DNA from: a bacterium
Lineage (GTDB): Bacteria > Bacteroidota > Bacteroidia > CAILMK01 > JACPUW01
Direction of reading: 5' to 3'
NCBI GenBank assembly: GCA_016124515.1
Contig: WGNN01000081.1
Coordinates: 153 to 64,152, forward strand
Length of the DNA: 64,000 bases
The notes beneath the pieces are model-generated. The model made no database searches. It worked only from the letters and a program-made list of their open reading frames with translations, and was not told where the DNA came from. The translations under genes and the position numbers were made by a program. This document shows, piece by piece, positions 18,901-26,035 of this stretch. The first letter of the stretch is position 1. Each line of letters opens with the position of its first letter.

Positions 18901-19011
18901 TGTGCCTGCACCAATGGTGTAGCTACCCGAGAGCGGTGCTGCCAAAGCACCCAAGGTGCTGAAGGCAACGAAACCCAAGAGTAACCAAAACTTGGTAAAG
19001 TGTTGTTTCAT
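12961..19011 (-). CDS. Giant T9SS cargo protein, paralogue 2 (about 2016 aa), same architecture as paralogue 1
   Basis: The ORF runs 12961..19038. The start is set at ATG 19011 (MKQHFTKFWLLLGFVAFSTLGALAA), which aligns with the paralogue 1 start MKQHLTKFWLL. It is collinear with paralogue 1 along its whole length. The CUB-like block is at about 15163-15540. The CTD is IVYPNPSNGGFNV...YYLQMANNNSQTIEKILIAK. Confidence 0.85.
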   Translation of the reverse strand: MKQHFTKFWLLLGFVAFSTLGALAAPLSGSYTIGAGTGYDYASVVSAASALASQGVSGPVTFTIADGTYSGQASFGKISGASSTNTITFIGKSKNADKVKLTNTSSYTLYFSSSAYVNFEYVTITSSYSSSYTIYMYYSSDCSIKHSKLLGTYMGAYNYYSNRITYDDCYVTGGTYGLYFYNSSSSFGEQNTVLNTQIHNTSSYGLYYYYQRDGLINKVDVDSTGYGLYSYYGNNNTITNSRFKCNYYHYVAYQNYTSAKSTDTGRVMNNQFINLGGSSYGIYGAYGQRIKWYHNSFDLKGSSYGMYWYYPLYCEIFNNNIKMEGGTYGFYMYQTPAKMDYNNLYLKGGSYFCVFGTTAYSTYSSLISGNRSYNQNSLNVDPEFELDQVDLHSYSSNLNNKGTHMNYPLIRTDFDGNVRPAAKDAPKVDIGCNDYYLPPYDLSIYALVSPQSVNLGKNKITAQFKNTGSQSITNTDVTVQYSVDSGKTWITDTLSIKSLAPGAVVQFDYTKIWKPTRSGKFRVSIKIVSSTFGTKQKDYDICSGLSGNYTIGKGPKADYPDFKSAINDLKCGVSGNIVFNVRPGTYNGQVTIGEILGASPKRTVTFRAVSIDSVTLQNNNGYTLGLVGTDYVRFENMRIEADASSGFAVWMTNAANYNKFTGCVIQADITSTSSASVALAMSSSSTSYSGYGDNGNYNEFRDCQFKGGYFTISCFGTSSTDPLVGNKFYNNTFTDGYYYGGYIYYSDSLVFVDNVSKNLRSTSGYPMNFYYPSNFDIERNYFNGGGYTYLYYANYYNYNGKARSKFINNTVISTSTSYTMYGYQMGYTDFLHNSMYGKGSYLIYWYYMHDNVIKNNIFYYEGSTYCIYTYNPTFVEWDYNDYVINGSGSILSIGGTTILSNLSALAAWNPNYNQHNYDLDPQWVDKQNDLHLTNKFPGMYGANVGVALDMDQDKRCMFSPTLGCDEFKQSALPPTANFLVPDTAWLNSPTVLLNANKPSRVASSMWFVNGKFVSDSIHLEYTPRNTGMDTIKLIMENCTGKDSITKLVYVSPILRAPKVDFSATSRDIYTDDLITLLDLSANGATQWSWDITPKVVYDPFLLIWTRTYTMQDSTVANPWIYFSYPGIYQVKLTVANVFGTDSLVKTAFIKVRQKSTMCDIPYDTDGKFGTLYDNGGEFGGYTAGLNGLNKCTYLISSCYGEVDLTVQQFDLADGDYLQVYDGADDSGRPLWDANNYPLGMNGNKTDKSVNLQFTAKSGSVYFVFESDANTSTIGKGFAIDWEMNPVSWTAPTAAISAPDTVCVGFPSVFSNASSGNYSYVEWDVNNDGKPDAEGDQLSYTFTTPGTYSIWLHAISLCAPKDSVEKKVVVENARKAAKPDFTASETVVSAGDTVRINSTSNYCASGTRWEITPANYLLTDDASLTDEFVDVIFTKGGFYTVKVVKTNPAGADSTTKVNYIQVLDYCVPTVVNLDADVAISRVAFGSIDNSSSVGKSGYSNYTNLSTNVERGYSYEITIERATTNKEMSRRVWIDWNIDGDFDDAGEMVLYEAPSTNQVFKDSITISPSAKPGKTRMRVSVNYKNLKNVACGPHQFGEFEDYTINILEKDLTPPALTLYGALNDSVEVNTSWKDAGFKAIDLVDGDITSTVAVNNTLDLTTTGTYTITYVATDKSGNSATETRTIVVYDGTAPDIKLLGDDTVYVQIYTGYNEAGTTQSDNYDKSLSPNTYSALDTANLGEYTITYCVTDASGNGPVCVSRLVIVQDTIKPMISLIGNDKEVVEVFSFYNDAGYNVVENDQYTVKMSGNWDGVPDTLGTYRLVYTVMDRAGNSASVSREIEVVDTKEPVLTLNGNAIDTIARWDETYTDAGVTVSDNYYSAAEVNVVKGGTYKDAQSEGVFTITYEATDPSNNVSATVTRLVVVMEDGTGISEVAGNGFIVYPNPSNGGFNVATSLGNGQVVQLRVLDLTGREIYNAGNFVVSNGQFKLDLSSLANGTYYLQMANNNSQTIEKILIAK

Positions 19012-19039
19012 AATATTTAAAAAGTTTGGGATTAACAAA

Positions 19040-19088
19040 TGAAAGAAAGCTCCCCCACCGAATAGTATGGTTAATTCGGCGGAGGAGC
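19040..19088 (-). terminator. Strand-specific hairpin terminator of giant paralogue 3, only ~30 nt upstream of the paralogue 2 start
   Basis: On the minus-strand RNA, GCUCCUCCGCCGAAU (loop UAACCAUACU) AUUCGGUGGGGGAGC forms a 15-bp stem with two G-U pairs, followed by UUUCUUUCA. On the plus strand the same positions would be C-A mismatches, so the structure is specific to the minus-strand transcript. Confidence 0.7.
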
Positions 19089-19097
19089 TGTGAATTT

Positions 19098-22000
19098 TTA
19101 TTTACTGATAATCAATCGTTTGATTGAGAACAAATCAGTACCGCTAACTTGTATTTGGTAAGTTCCGGCGCTGAGCATGTCAAGGTTCAACTCCAATTTT
19201 GTGTTGCCTCCCAACACCACATTATTGGTTGTATAAACCACTCTGCCACTCAGGTCAATCACTGAGATGTTGGCCACTTTGTCTTTGGCCAATTGGCTGC
19301 TAAGTACTACATATCCATTGCTTGGGTTTGGATACAGGGTGATGCCATCGGCGCCATTGATTTCGCCAATACTTGTGAGTTCGCGAACGATTACATAGCG
19401 GGTGAGCATGCTTGAGCGGTTGCCCGATGCATCTTCGCCAATGTAGCTGATGGTGTAAATGCCTTCTGATTGGGTATTTACAAAGTTGCCACCTTTTAAG
19501 ATGGTCACATCGCTTGCATCGTCGCAGAAATCGCTTGCTTCTACACCGGCATCTTGGTAGTCTGACCATCTGTTAACGGTATCAACTTGGTTGCCAAGCA
19601 TTTTCAGCACAGGCGCTTTGGTGTCAACCACGGTTATGGTACGTGTCACTGAATCCATATTGCCTGCCATGTCGGTAGCAATGTAGGTTATGGTGTAAGT
19701 ACCTTTTGTATTGGTTTCACCGGTAAATGTGCCTGTTTTTGCTACGGTATAGCTTCCGTTGTCAGATGCAGTGTATCCTTCGTCTTTGTAGTAGCCACAT
19801 TGCTCCACAGTTACAGCATCTGCTCCAACAAGCGCTATGCTTGGTTTTTCCAGATCTTGTACAAATACGTGACGTTCAACGCAAACAGGGCCATTGCCAC
19901 CGGCATCGGTTACACAGTAAGTTACTATGTATTCGCCAAGTGTAGTGGTATCTACATTGCCTGCCACTTGTACCGATGGATTCACATCGTAGTTATCGTT
20001 GGCTGTTGCACCAAGTTCGGTGTAGGCAGTATTTACATCTACATAAACCGAATCAGCTCCGTTGAGTACAATGGTTGGTTTTACATTGTCATAAACCACA
20101 ATGGTTCTTTTGTCGGTGGCCATATTGCCGGCATCGTCATATACCACATAGGTGATAACGTAAGTGCCTACTTTGGTCAAATCGAGGGTGCTATTCACCT
20201 GCACTTTTGAGGTAAGAATGCCACTCAGTTTGTCAGAAGCATGGTAACCCGGATCGGTCCAAGTGGTGTTTACTACTACGCTGTCAAGCAAATTGCCTTT
20301 CAACACCAATTTTGGAGCGGTTTTGTCTTCGTTGCTTACCACTACGGTATAGTCTTCAAACTCACCGAATTGGTGCGGGCCGCAAGCCAGGTTTTGCAAT
20401 GCTTTGTAGTTGGTAGCCACACGCATACGTGTGTTGCCCGGTGTGGCAGTGGCAGGTATGGTTATGCTGTCGGTAAACGACATGGTGGTGTTGGTAGCTT
20501 CATAAGCAACCAATTCACCTGCATCTTCAAAGTCGCCATCTTTGTTCCAGTCTATCCACACTTTGCGGCTCATTGGGTTGTTGTTGGTGAGCCTTTCCAG
20601 GGTAATGGCGTAGGTGAGTCCGCGCTCAACTTCGGTTGAAATGTTCAGGAAGTTATTGTAGCCGTTTTTGCCAACACCTGATTTGTTGTCGATGGTGTTG
20701 AAAACCACTCGACTGATTCCCATATCGCCATTGAGGTTGGCCACTGATGGCGTGCAGTATTCAAGTACTTGTATGTAGTTGATCTTGGTAAGTGAATCCT
20801 TGCCGTAAGTATTGCCTTTGGTAAGGGTTACGGTGTAGAATCCGCCACGGGTAAACAATACATCTACCTGACCATTTTTCAAACTTCCATCGTTGGCCAC
20901 TACGTAAGTATTTGGTGTAATGGTCCAATGGGTAAAGTTTGAACAGAATTGGGTCATATCTGTAAGGGTTATGGTGTCGCCTGCCGATATTTTGGTAGCG
21001 CTTGCAGAGAATTCCGGTTTTGGCGCTTTGTTGGCGTTGATAATAACAATCTTCTTGATCATGCTATCGCTGCCGGCGCAGTAGCTGTTGGCTTTTAGTT
21101 TTACGGTGTAAGTACCCACGGTGTTGAAGGTGTAGCCAAATGTTTCGTTAATTCCTTCAATTTTATTGTCGGCATTTACGTCCCAGGTTACATCGCTATA
21201 TACGCCGGTGCTGGTGTTTTCAAAATAAGTTGGGAAACCCACACAAGCAGTATCAGGTGCGCTGAAATCAGCCATTGGATTGGTCCAGCTTACAGGATTT
21301 ACGTCCCAGCTAATGGCAAAACCTTTTCCTATGGTATTAGCATCGTTGTCAGATTCGAAGTCGAAATAAGCCGAACCTGATTTAGCAGTGAAACTAATGC
21401 TCACACTTTTATCTGAGCGGTTGCCGGTCATTCCATCAGGGTACATGGCGGCGTTCCAAAGCGGTGTACCGGTATTGTCAACTCCATCATAAATTTTGAG
21501 GTAGTCGTTGGCACCCAAATCAAATGCATCTACAGTGAAGTCTAGTTCGCCCTCGCAGGTAGATACATAATAGGTACAATGGTTGATGCCATTAAGACCC
21601 GGAGAATAAGAGCCTTCAGGACCACCATCGTCGAATACAGTACCAAAACTGGCTGTTGAGCTGTTGTTTATTGAGCACATCAAACCTTTTTCGCGTACTA
21701 TAATAAATGCTTTGCGTGTAATTGAATCTGCGCCAAATGAGTTGGCTACTTTAAGTGTTACTTCATATTTGCCGGGATAGTTGAAACGCACCCGTGGATT
21801 GGCTGTGGTAGAGTCTTTTGATGGGTCGTAAATATGTGTTCTGTCTCTAATGAGCAAGAAATCGCTCCATATCCAAACCGGTGAGATTCCCCAAGACCAT
21901 TGGGTAGCACCATTTTCTGACAGATCAATCAGCGTGGTCATATCGCCGGCATAGATGGTGCGATACGTAGCGCTGAAATCAACTTTTGGAGCGCGCAGAA

Positions 22001-23984
22001 TTGGACTTACATAAACCAATTTGGTAATAGAGTCGGTGCCACCGCAGTTGAAACGAACGAGCTTAATGGTATCATAACCCACATTGTAAGGCTTGTAAGC
22101 CAGGTGGATTGAGTCGCTAACGTATTTGCCATTAACATACCAGCGCGAACCTTCGGTAATAGATGGTTTCGCAGCATTGAGTATGACAGTTTCGCTGTTG
22201 AGCCATGCGGTATCAGGCAACAGGAAATTGGCTGTTGGTGGTAGTGATGATTGTTTGAACTCATCAGGACCCAAAGTTGAAATCAATGTACAACGACGGT
22301 CTTGGTCAAAATCAAGATCAACACCTACGTACGGGCCGTACATACTTGGAAAATTAACACCAATGTGGTGGTCTTTTTCCTTGTCGAGCCAATCAGGATC
22401 GAGCTCAAAACTATGTTGGTTGTAGTTGGGGCTGTATGATTTTAAAGCACTCAGGTTGGCATATACGGTACCCCCCATATAACACAGGTTGCCGCTTTTG
22501 GTCACATAGTCGTTATAGTCCCAAGCCACAAATGTTGGGTTGTAGGTATATATTGAGTAGTTGGTACCTTCATAGTAGAATATATTATTACGTATATCCA
22601 TATTGTTCATGTAGTACCAATACATACAATATGATCCACGGCTATACACCGAGTTGTGGTAAAAATTGGTGTACGACATGTAGTAGGCGTACAAACCATA
22701 GCTTGAGTTGTAACCAGCTAATTGATTGTTAGCAAATATGGAGCGGGTACCTCTGTAGTTGTAGTAGTTGGCATAGGCAAAATAGTTACCATAGTATGCA
22801 CCTATTACCTTGTTGCGCTGTACATCAAAGTTTGACACATAATACATGTACAAACCATAGTTGTAGGTGTTGCGGAAGTCTTTGATTACGTTGTCGTGGA
22901 AAGTGAATCCACTTACATAATAAAACCTGACACCATAGTAATATGAGCGGTTAAAATTGTTGTTGATGAACACGTTGCCTTCTGACATAGCGGCTGTGCT
23001 TGAACCCACACAAATCAAACCATAGTAGCCACCACGAATGTCGTTGTTTTGAAACAGGTTATAGTTACCATTGTCGCCATAACCCGATGCATTAGTTGAA
23101 GCAGACGAAATAACAACGGGGTTGAGTGTAGAACTGGTAGAACCCAAATCGGCCTCCATGATACAGTTCTTGAATGTATTGTAGTTTGAAGAATTAGCCA
23201 AGTGAAGGGCCGCGCCTGAAGAGCCGGTAGCCTTCATGTAAAACCCGTCAAATGACACATAGTCTGCACCTTGCAAACTCACAGTACCATCGCTTGAGTT
23301 GGTAATGATAACGCTGTCAACACCACCGCTGAGGAAGGTAATGGTATTGGTGGCTGAAGTACCCACTATATCACCGAGCAAAACCTGCCCGCTGTAGGTC
23401 CCTTTTCTTACTTTAATAGTTACCGGGCCGCACACACCATAGTTGGTAAGTGCAGTGGCTACTTCTTTAATGGTTTTAAACGGACTCTTAGCTCCACCCA
23501 CGGTAAAGTTTCCGGAAAGTGATGGTCCAAAGTCCTTGTCCAAGGAGTCGTTTGATGTTACCGTGTCTTGTACGTTATTAGGCAAGGTGGTGTAAACCAA
23601 AATATTGTGTTTGGTATTAAACGAAGTTGAACCCAGATAAATCTGAGCTTCAGTGCTTCCTTTACCATTGATTGTATCGAGTGTACCTTTGTAAACAATA
23701 GGCTTTTGTGCGCTACCATCAATCTCCCAGTTTACAGTTACTTCGGTTATTTGGTTGCTGCCAAAGTTGCCTATGGTTGCGTAAATGTTGTGTGTACCTC
23801 CGCAAAACACACCGGGTGAGTCGATTGATACTACACCCGCGTTGTTGGGGCCAGGCTGACGCAGATCTATACCCATTACACATTGGGCACCATCGGCACC
23901 GTTTGATGAACTGCTGGCATGGTCGCCATACATACGAGCAGTGTATTTCATGGTTTCCTGATTGATGGTAAAACCACTTGTCAT
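19098..23984 (-). CDS. Giant T9SS cargo paralogue 3, large C-terminal fragment (1628 aa; no signal peptide of its own)
   Basis: It contains CARDB-like (VVSIDSPGVFCGGTHNIYATIGNFGSNQITEVTVNWEIDG), one beta-helix module (LSGNFTVGGAK...GPVTIKVRKGTYSG...), PKD units, CUB-like (about 21301-21677), GEVED (HQFGEFEDYTVVV), four DUF5011-type units and the CTD (ITLYPNPSNGYVVL...YQIQVSGTDLFSIKRLIISK). It is in frame with the upstream ORF 24027..24479. Confidence 0.85.
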   Translation of the reverse strand: MTSGFTINQETMKYTARMYGDHASSSSNGADGAQCVMGIDLRQPGPNNAGVVSIDSPGVFCGGTHNIYATIGNFGSNQITEVTVNWEIDGSAQKPIVYKGTLDTINGKGSTEAQIYLGSTSFNTKHNILVYTTLPNNVQDTVTSNDSLDKDFGPSLSGNFTVGGAKSPFKTIKEVATALTNYGVCGPVTIKVRKGTYSGQVLLGDIVGTSATNTITFLSGGVDSVIITNSSDGTVSLQGADYVSFDGFYMKATGSSGAALHLANSSNYNTFKNCIMEADLGSTSSTLNPVVISSASTNASGYGDNGNYNLFQNNDIRGGYYGLICVGSSTAAMSEGNVFINNNFNRSYYYGVRFYYVSGFTFHDNVIKDFRNTYNYGLYMYYVSNFDVQRNKVIGAYYGNYFAYANYYNYRGTRSIFANNQLAGYNSSYGLYAYYMSYTNFYHNSVYSRGSYCMYWYYMNNMDIRNNIFYYEGTNYSIYTYNPTFVAWDYNDYVTKSGNLCYMGGTVYANLSALKSYSPNYNQHSFELDPDWLDKEKDHHIGVNFPSMYGPYVGVDLDFDQDRRCTLISTLGPDEFKQSSLPPTANFLLPDTAWLNSETVILNAAKPSITEGSRWYVNGKYVSDSIHLAYKPYNVGYDTIKLVRFNCGGTDSITKLVYVSPILRAPKVDFSATYRTIYAGDMTTLIDLSENGATQWSWGISPVWIWSDFLLIRDRTHIYDPSKDSTTANPRVRFNYPGKYEVTLKVANSFGADSITRKAFIIVREKGLMCSINNSSTASFGTVFDDGGPEGSYSPGLNGINHCTYYVSTCEGELDFTVDAFDLGANDYLKIYDGVDNTGTPLWNAAMYPDGMTGNRSDKSVSISFTAKSGSAYFDFESDNDANTIGKGFAISWDVNPVSWTNPMADFSAPDTACVGFPTYFENTSTGVYSDVTWDVNADNKIEGINETFGYTFNTVGTYTVKLKANSYCAGSDSMIKKIVIINANKAPKPEFSASATKISAGDTITLTDMTQFCSNFTHWTITPNTYVVANDGSLKNGQVDVLFTRGGFYTVTLTKGNTYGKDSLTKINYIQVLEYCTPSVANLNGDMGISRVVFNTIDNKSGVGKNGYNNFLNISTEVERGLTYAITLERLTNNNPMSRKVWIDWNKDGDFEDAGELVAYEATNTTMSFTDSITIPATATPGNTRMRVATNYKALQNLACGPHQFGEFEDYTVVVSNEDKTAPKLVLKGNLLDSVVVNTTWTDPGYHASDKLSGILTSKVQVNSTLDLTKVGTYVITYVVYDDAGNMATDKRTIVVYDNVKPTIVLNGADSVYVDVNTAYTELGATANDNYDVNPSVQVAGNVDTTTLGEYIVTYCVTDAGGNGPVCVERHVFVQDLEKPSIALVGADAVTVEQCGYYKDEGYTASDNGSYTVAKTGTFTGETNTKGTYTITYIATDMAGNMDSVTRTITVVDTKAPVLKMLGNQVDTVNRWSDYQDAGVEASDFCDDASDVTILKGGNFVNTQSEGIYTISYIGEDASGNRSSMLTRYVIVRELTSIGEINGADGITLYPNPSNGYVVLSSQLAKDKVANISVIDLSGRVVYTTNNVVLGGNTKLELNLDMLSAGTYQIQVSGTDLFSIKRLIISK

Positions 23985-24026
23985 TCCGTGGTTTTCAATA
24001 GAAACGATGAGGTATTTTTTAGGATC

Positions 24027-24479
24027 TTAGGGAAATGGTTTGTCCAGTGGAATCTCAAACCAATTACCTGAACTAACACCGGTAAGGGTTACGGTGCTGT
24101 TGAGGCAGGTTTGTAGTCCGGTGTTCCAAGCACCGCTGGCGAGCGAAGTCTTGGTAGTGTGTCCAATTTCAACTTTGAGATTGGTAAAAGTGTGCGAACC
24201 AGAACCGCTGGCTGCATAAATGTAGATAGAGGTAATTAAACCGGGGTAGGCAGTTTTACTCGAGGCGTCTTTGAACTGGCCGGGAGTATAAAGCCATTGA
24301 CACTTACTTCCACTACCCGAGGAGTAGTTGAAAGGAAAGTTGTTGCCGCCACCAGAATAGGTGGACACATAGAATTGTGGCGTTACTTGTGCCTTGAGAG
24401 AGCTGCCCGCCGCAGTTAATAGCAGGACTGCAAGCAACAAACCAAAATTCCTGAACATGGAAGGTAAGTTTGTTTTCAT
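24027..24479 (-). CDS. N-terminal fragment of giant paralogue 3 (signal peptide + beta-sandwich-like head), ended by an in-frame TAA
   Basis: The ORF runs 24027..24518. ATG 24479 gives the signal peptide MKTNLPSMFRNFGLLLAVLLLTAAGSSLKAQ. The frame stops at TAA 24027-24029 and continues in the same frame into the 1628-aa ORF. Confidence 0.7.
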   Translation of the reverse strand: MKTNLPSMFRNFGLLLAVLLLTAAGSSLKAQVTPQFYVSTYSGGGNNFPFNYSSGSGSKCQWLYTPGQFKDASSKTAYPGLITSIYIYAASGSGSHTFTNLKVEIGHTTKTSLASGAWNTGLQTCLNSTVTLTGVSSGNWFEIPLDKPFP

Positions 24480-24802
24480 TATCGACAAATCATTAATTGT
24501 GAGCTTAGATATACACATCTTTAAAAAGGTTGCATGCTTTTTTAATAAATTTTAAAACTATTTTGACAATAGCTTTACTATTAATTAAAACCACACAAAC
24601 TCTTTTGAAAGTGCAATATCTGTTTAATTAAATATTAACAACTTGTTAAATCGATGTATTCGTTAAAACCCCTTTTTCATTCCACCAATATTTACCATTC
24701 TGACCTTGAAAAGATTTGAACCCAACCCAAACCGTTTGTTCGCCATACACTTCGCGGGTCGTTTCAATTGGAACATCAACGGCTAGACCTGCAACAAGAA
24801 AA

Positions 24803-24826
24803 GGGCGGCCAATGGCCGCCCTTTTT
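24803..24826 (-). terminator. Hairpin terminator downstream of the 24852..25784 lipoprotein gene
   Basis: Perfect stem GGGCGGCC (24803-24810) / GGCCGCCC (24814-24821) with a 3-nt loop. T-runs follow on both strands (TTTTT plus, TTTTC minus). Confidence 0.7.
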
Positions 24827-24851
24827 CATTGGGTATCTAAAGTATCAATAA

Positions 24852-25784
24852 TTACTCTTTACCGGCAATTACTACATCAATTTCAATGTAGTCGCCTGAA
24901 TCCCAAGTACCTTCAATTGTTTTAACTACGAAGAAACCATGTGTGGCACCTTTAGCATCATCCAATTGGAAGGCTACCATATTGCCAACAGCCAATTTGG
25001 TTACAACACCTTTGGCATCGGTCATGTCGGTCATACCATAGTGGTGCTCAAGTTCTTCGTTGTTGGTTATTTGGTCGTAGTGCTCAGCAGGCATGGCAGT
25101 AAGCTTCAACTTGGTTTTGTTTTTGGTACCCCAAGAGCTCAAATCGCCCATTGCAGATGGGTATGTTGCAGGGTTTGCTATTGATGCATTATCAGTATTA
25201 CCGAAGTAGTAACCGAAATCAATTTTTGGAGAAACCGGGTCGGTAGTACCTTCTACATCTTGTCTTGAGTAAGTCATACCATCATCGGTAGAGAAGAAGG
25301 TTTTGCTTGATTTGTCTTGCAAAGGAGCATACAACAACCTTGCGCTGTATTTGATAACAGCAGGTGGCATTTTGGTGGTGGTTACAGTAACGGTAGCCTC
25401 ACCGCTTTTGCTGTCTTCATCCATACTGGCAATGGTAAGGGTTACATCGCTGCCAACGTTGTCGGCTGACAATACATAGTTGTAAGTTGTGGTATATTCT
25501 TTCAACTGATCGTTGCCTGATGGGCGGGCTTCTTCCAACAAAGTGTTGCCTGAGTTGTCGGTTATTGTCAGGGTTTTGAAAATACCTTCGGCTGTAACCG
25601 TAATGTCAAGTTTCAAGGTATCGTTGGGGTGGCCTGAGAATGTATTGTTGCTGCCGTCAAAGCCGGTGGTGCTTGAGGTAACTACAACTGCAGGTGCTGC
25701 GGTTTCGGTTTTTGAACAAGATTGAAATACCATTAAGCCTGCCAAAAGCAGTACGCCTAAAGAATAAATAAGTGTTTTCTTCAT
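24852..25784 (-). CDS. Hypothetical lipoprotein (about 310 aa), Ig-like N-terminal part + unknown C-terminal domain
   Basis: The ORF runs 24852..25832. ATG 25784 gives the lipoprotein signal MKKTLIYSLGVLLLAGLMVFQSC. No catalytic motif was recognised. Confidence 0.6.
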   Translation of the reverse strand: MKKTLIYSLGVLLLAGLMVFQSCSKTETAAPAVVVTSSTTGFDGSNNTFSGHPNDTLKLDITVTAEGIFKTLTITDNSGNTLLEEARPSGNDQLKEYTTTYNYVLSADNVGSDVTLTIASMDEDSKSGEATVTVTTTKMPPAVIKYSARLLYAPLQDKSSKTFFSTDDGMTYSRQDVEGTTDPVSPKIDFGYYFGNTDNASIANPATYPSAMGDLSSWGTKNKTKLKLTAMPAEHYDQITNNEELEHHYGMTDMTDAKGVVTKLAVGNMVAFQLDDAKGATHGFFVVKTIEGTWDSGDYIEIDVVIAGKE

Positions 25785-25997
25785 GGTGAATGTGTTTGTT
25801 TTAATGCTGCGAAAATGATAAAATCTTTGCAATTGACAAGCGTTTTTAGCTCAACTCAATCGCCAATTCGATTTATTGATTAATGATTAACAACTGCATG
25901 CTCAGTCTTTTACAATAGACCAACCCTATTAATCGAAATACCGGACCAAAAGGCTGCACAGGCACTAAAAAAAATGTGGAATTTATTGAATGGCTTG

Positions 25998-26015
25998 TCG
26001 TGACCTATATCACGA
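25998..26015. promoter_or_regulatory. Candidate Crp/Fnr-family operator upstream of the cyd operon
   Basis: Perfect palindrome TCGTGA-CCTATA-TCACGA, that is the GTGA-N6-TCAC core of the CRP/FNR-type consensus TGTGA-N6-TCACA. It is centred ~30 bp upstream of a TAnnTTTG -7 box. Confidence 0.45.
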
Positions 26016-26035
26016 TTATGATGGCTAACTGCCCG

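Larger units (their letters stand above)
19098..24479 (-). pseudogene. Giant paralogue 3 considered as one gene (about 1790 codons) interrupted by a single internal TAA
   Basis: Codon-by-codon reading of 24029 to 23982 on the minus strand gives TAA GAT CCT AAA AAA TAC CTC ATC GTT TCT ATT GAA AAC CAC GGA ATG. There is one stop, no frameshift, and then the ATG of the 1628-aa ORF. Confidence 0.6.

Noticed and set aside
24027-24029. Alternative genetic code or programmed read-through as the explanation for the internal TAA in paralogue 3.
   Set aside because: TAA serves as the normal terminator of several well-supported genes in the window (e.g. the serine hydrolase at 5118-5120 and the PorZ-like gene at 55121-55123). 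I see no read-through context or downstream structure. A nonsense mutation or sequencing error is more parsimonious.
24713-24723. GGGTTCAAATC (minus strand), resembling a tRNA T-loop. I also searched all intergenic regions generally for tRNA, rRNA, riboswitch-like or CRISPR repeat structure.
   Set aside because: The flanking bases do not form a T-stem, acceptor stem or cloverleaf. I found no regularly spaced direct repeats and no rRNA-like segments anywhere in the window.
24630-24802. Minus-strand open frame of ~58 codons (…VAGLAVDVPIETTREVYGEQTVWVGFKSFQGQNGKYWWNEKGVLTNTSI*) between the lipoprotein gene and giant paralogue 3. It reads like real protein.
   Set aside because: It has no start codon after the upstream in-frame TGA, its 5' end runs through the terminator hairpin at 24803-24821, and it is too short to evaluate. 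It could be a gene remnant, but I cannot support a call.
24519-24851. Possible invertible (phase-variable) promoter upstream of the giant gene array, as seen for Bacteroides surface loci. The AT-rich region has two TTAATTAA palindromes.
   Set aside because: There are no convincing long inverted repeats flanking a promoter-sized segment, and no site-specific recombinase gene in the window. The palindromes are simple AT-rich sequence.
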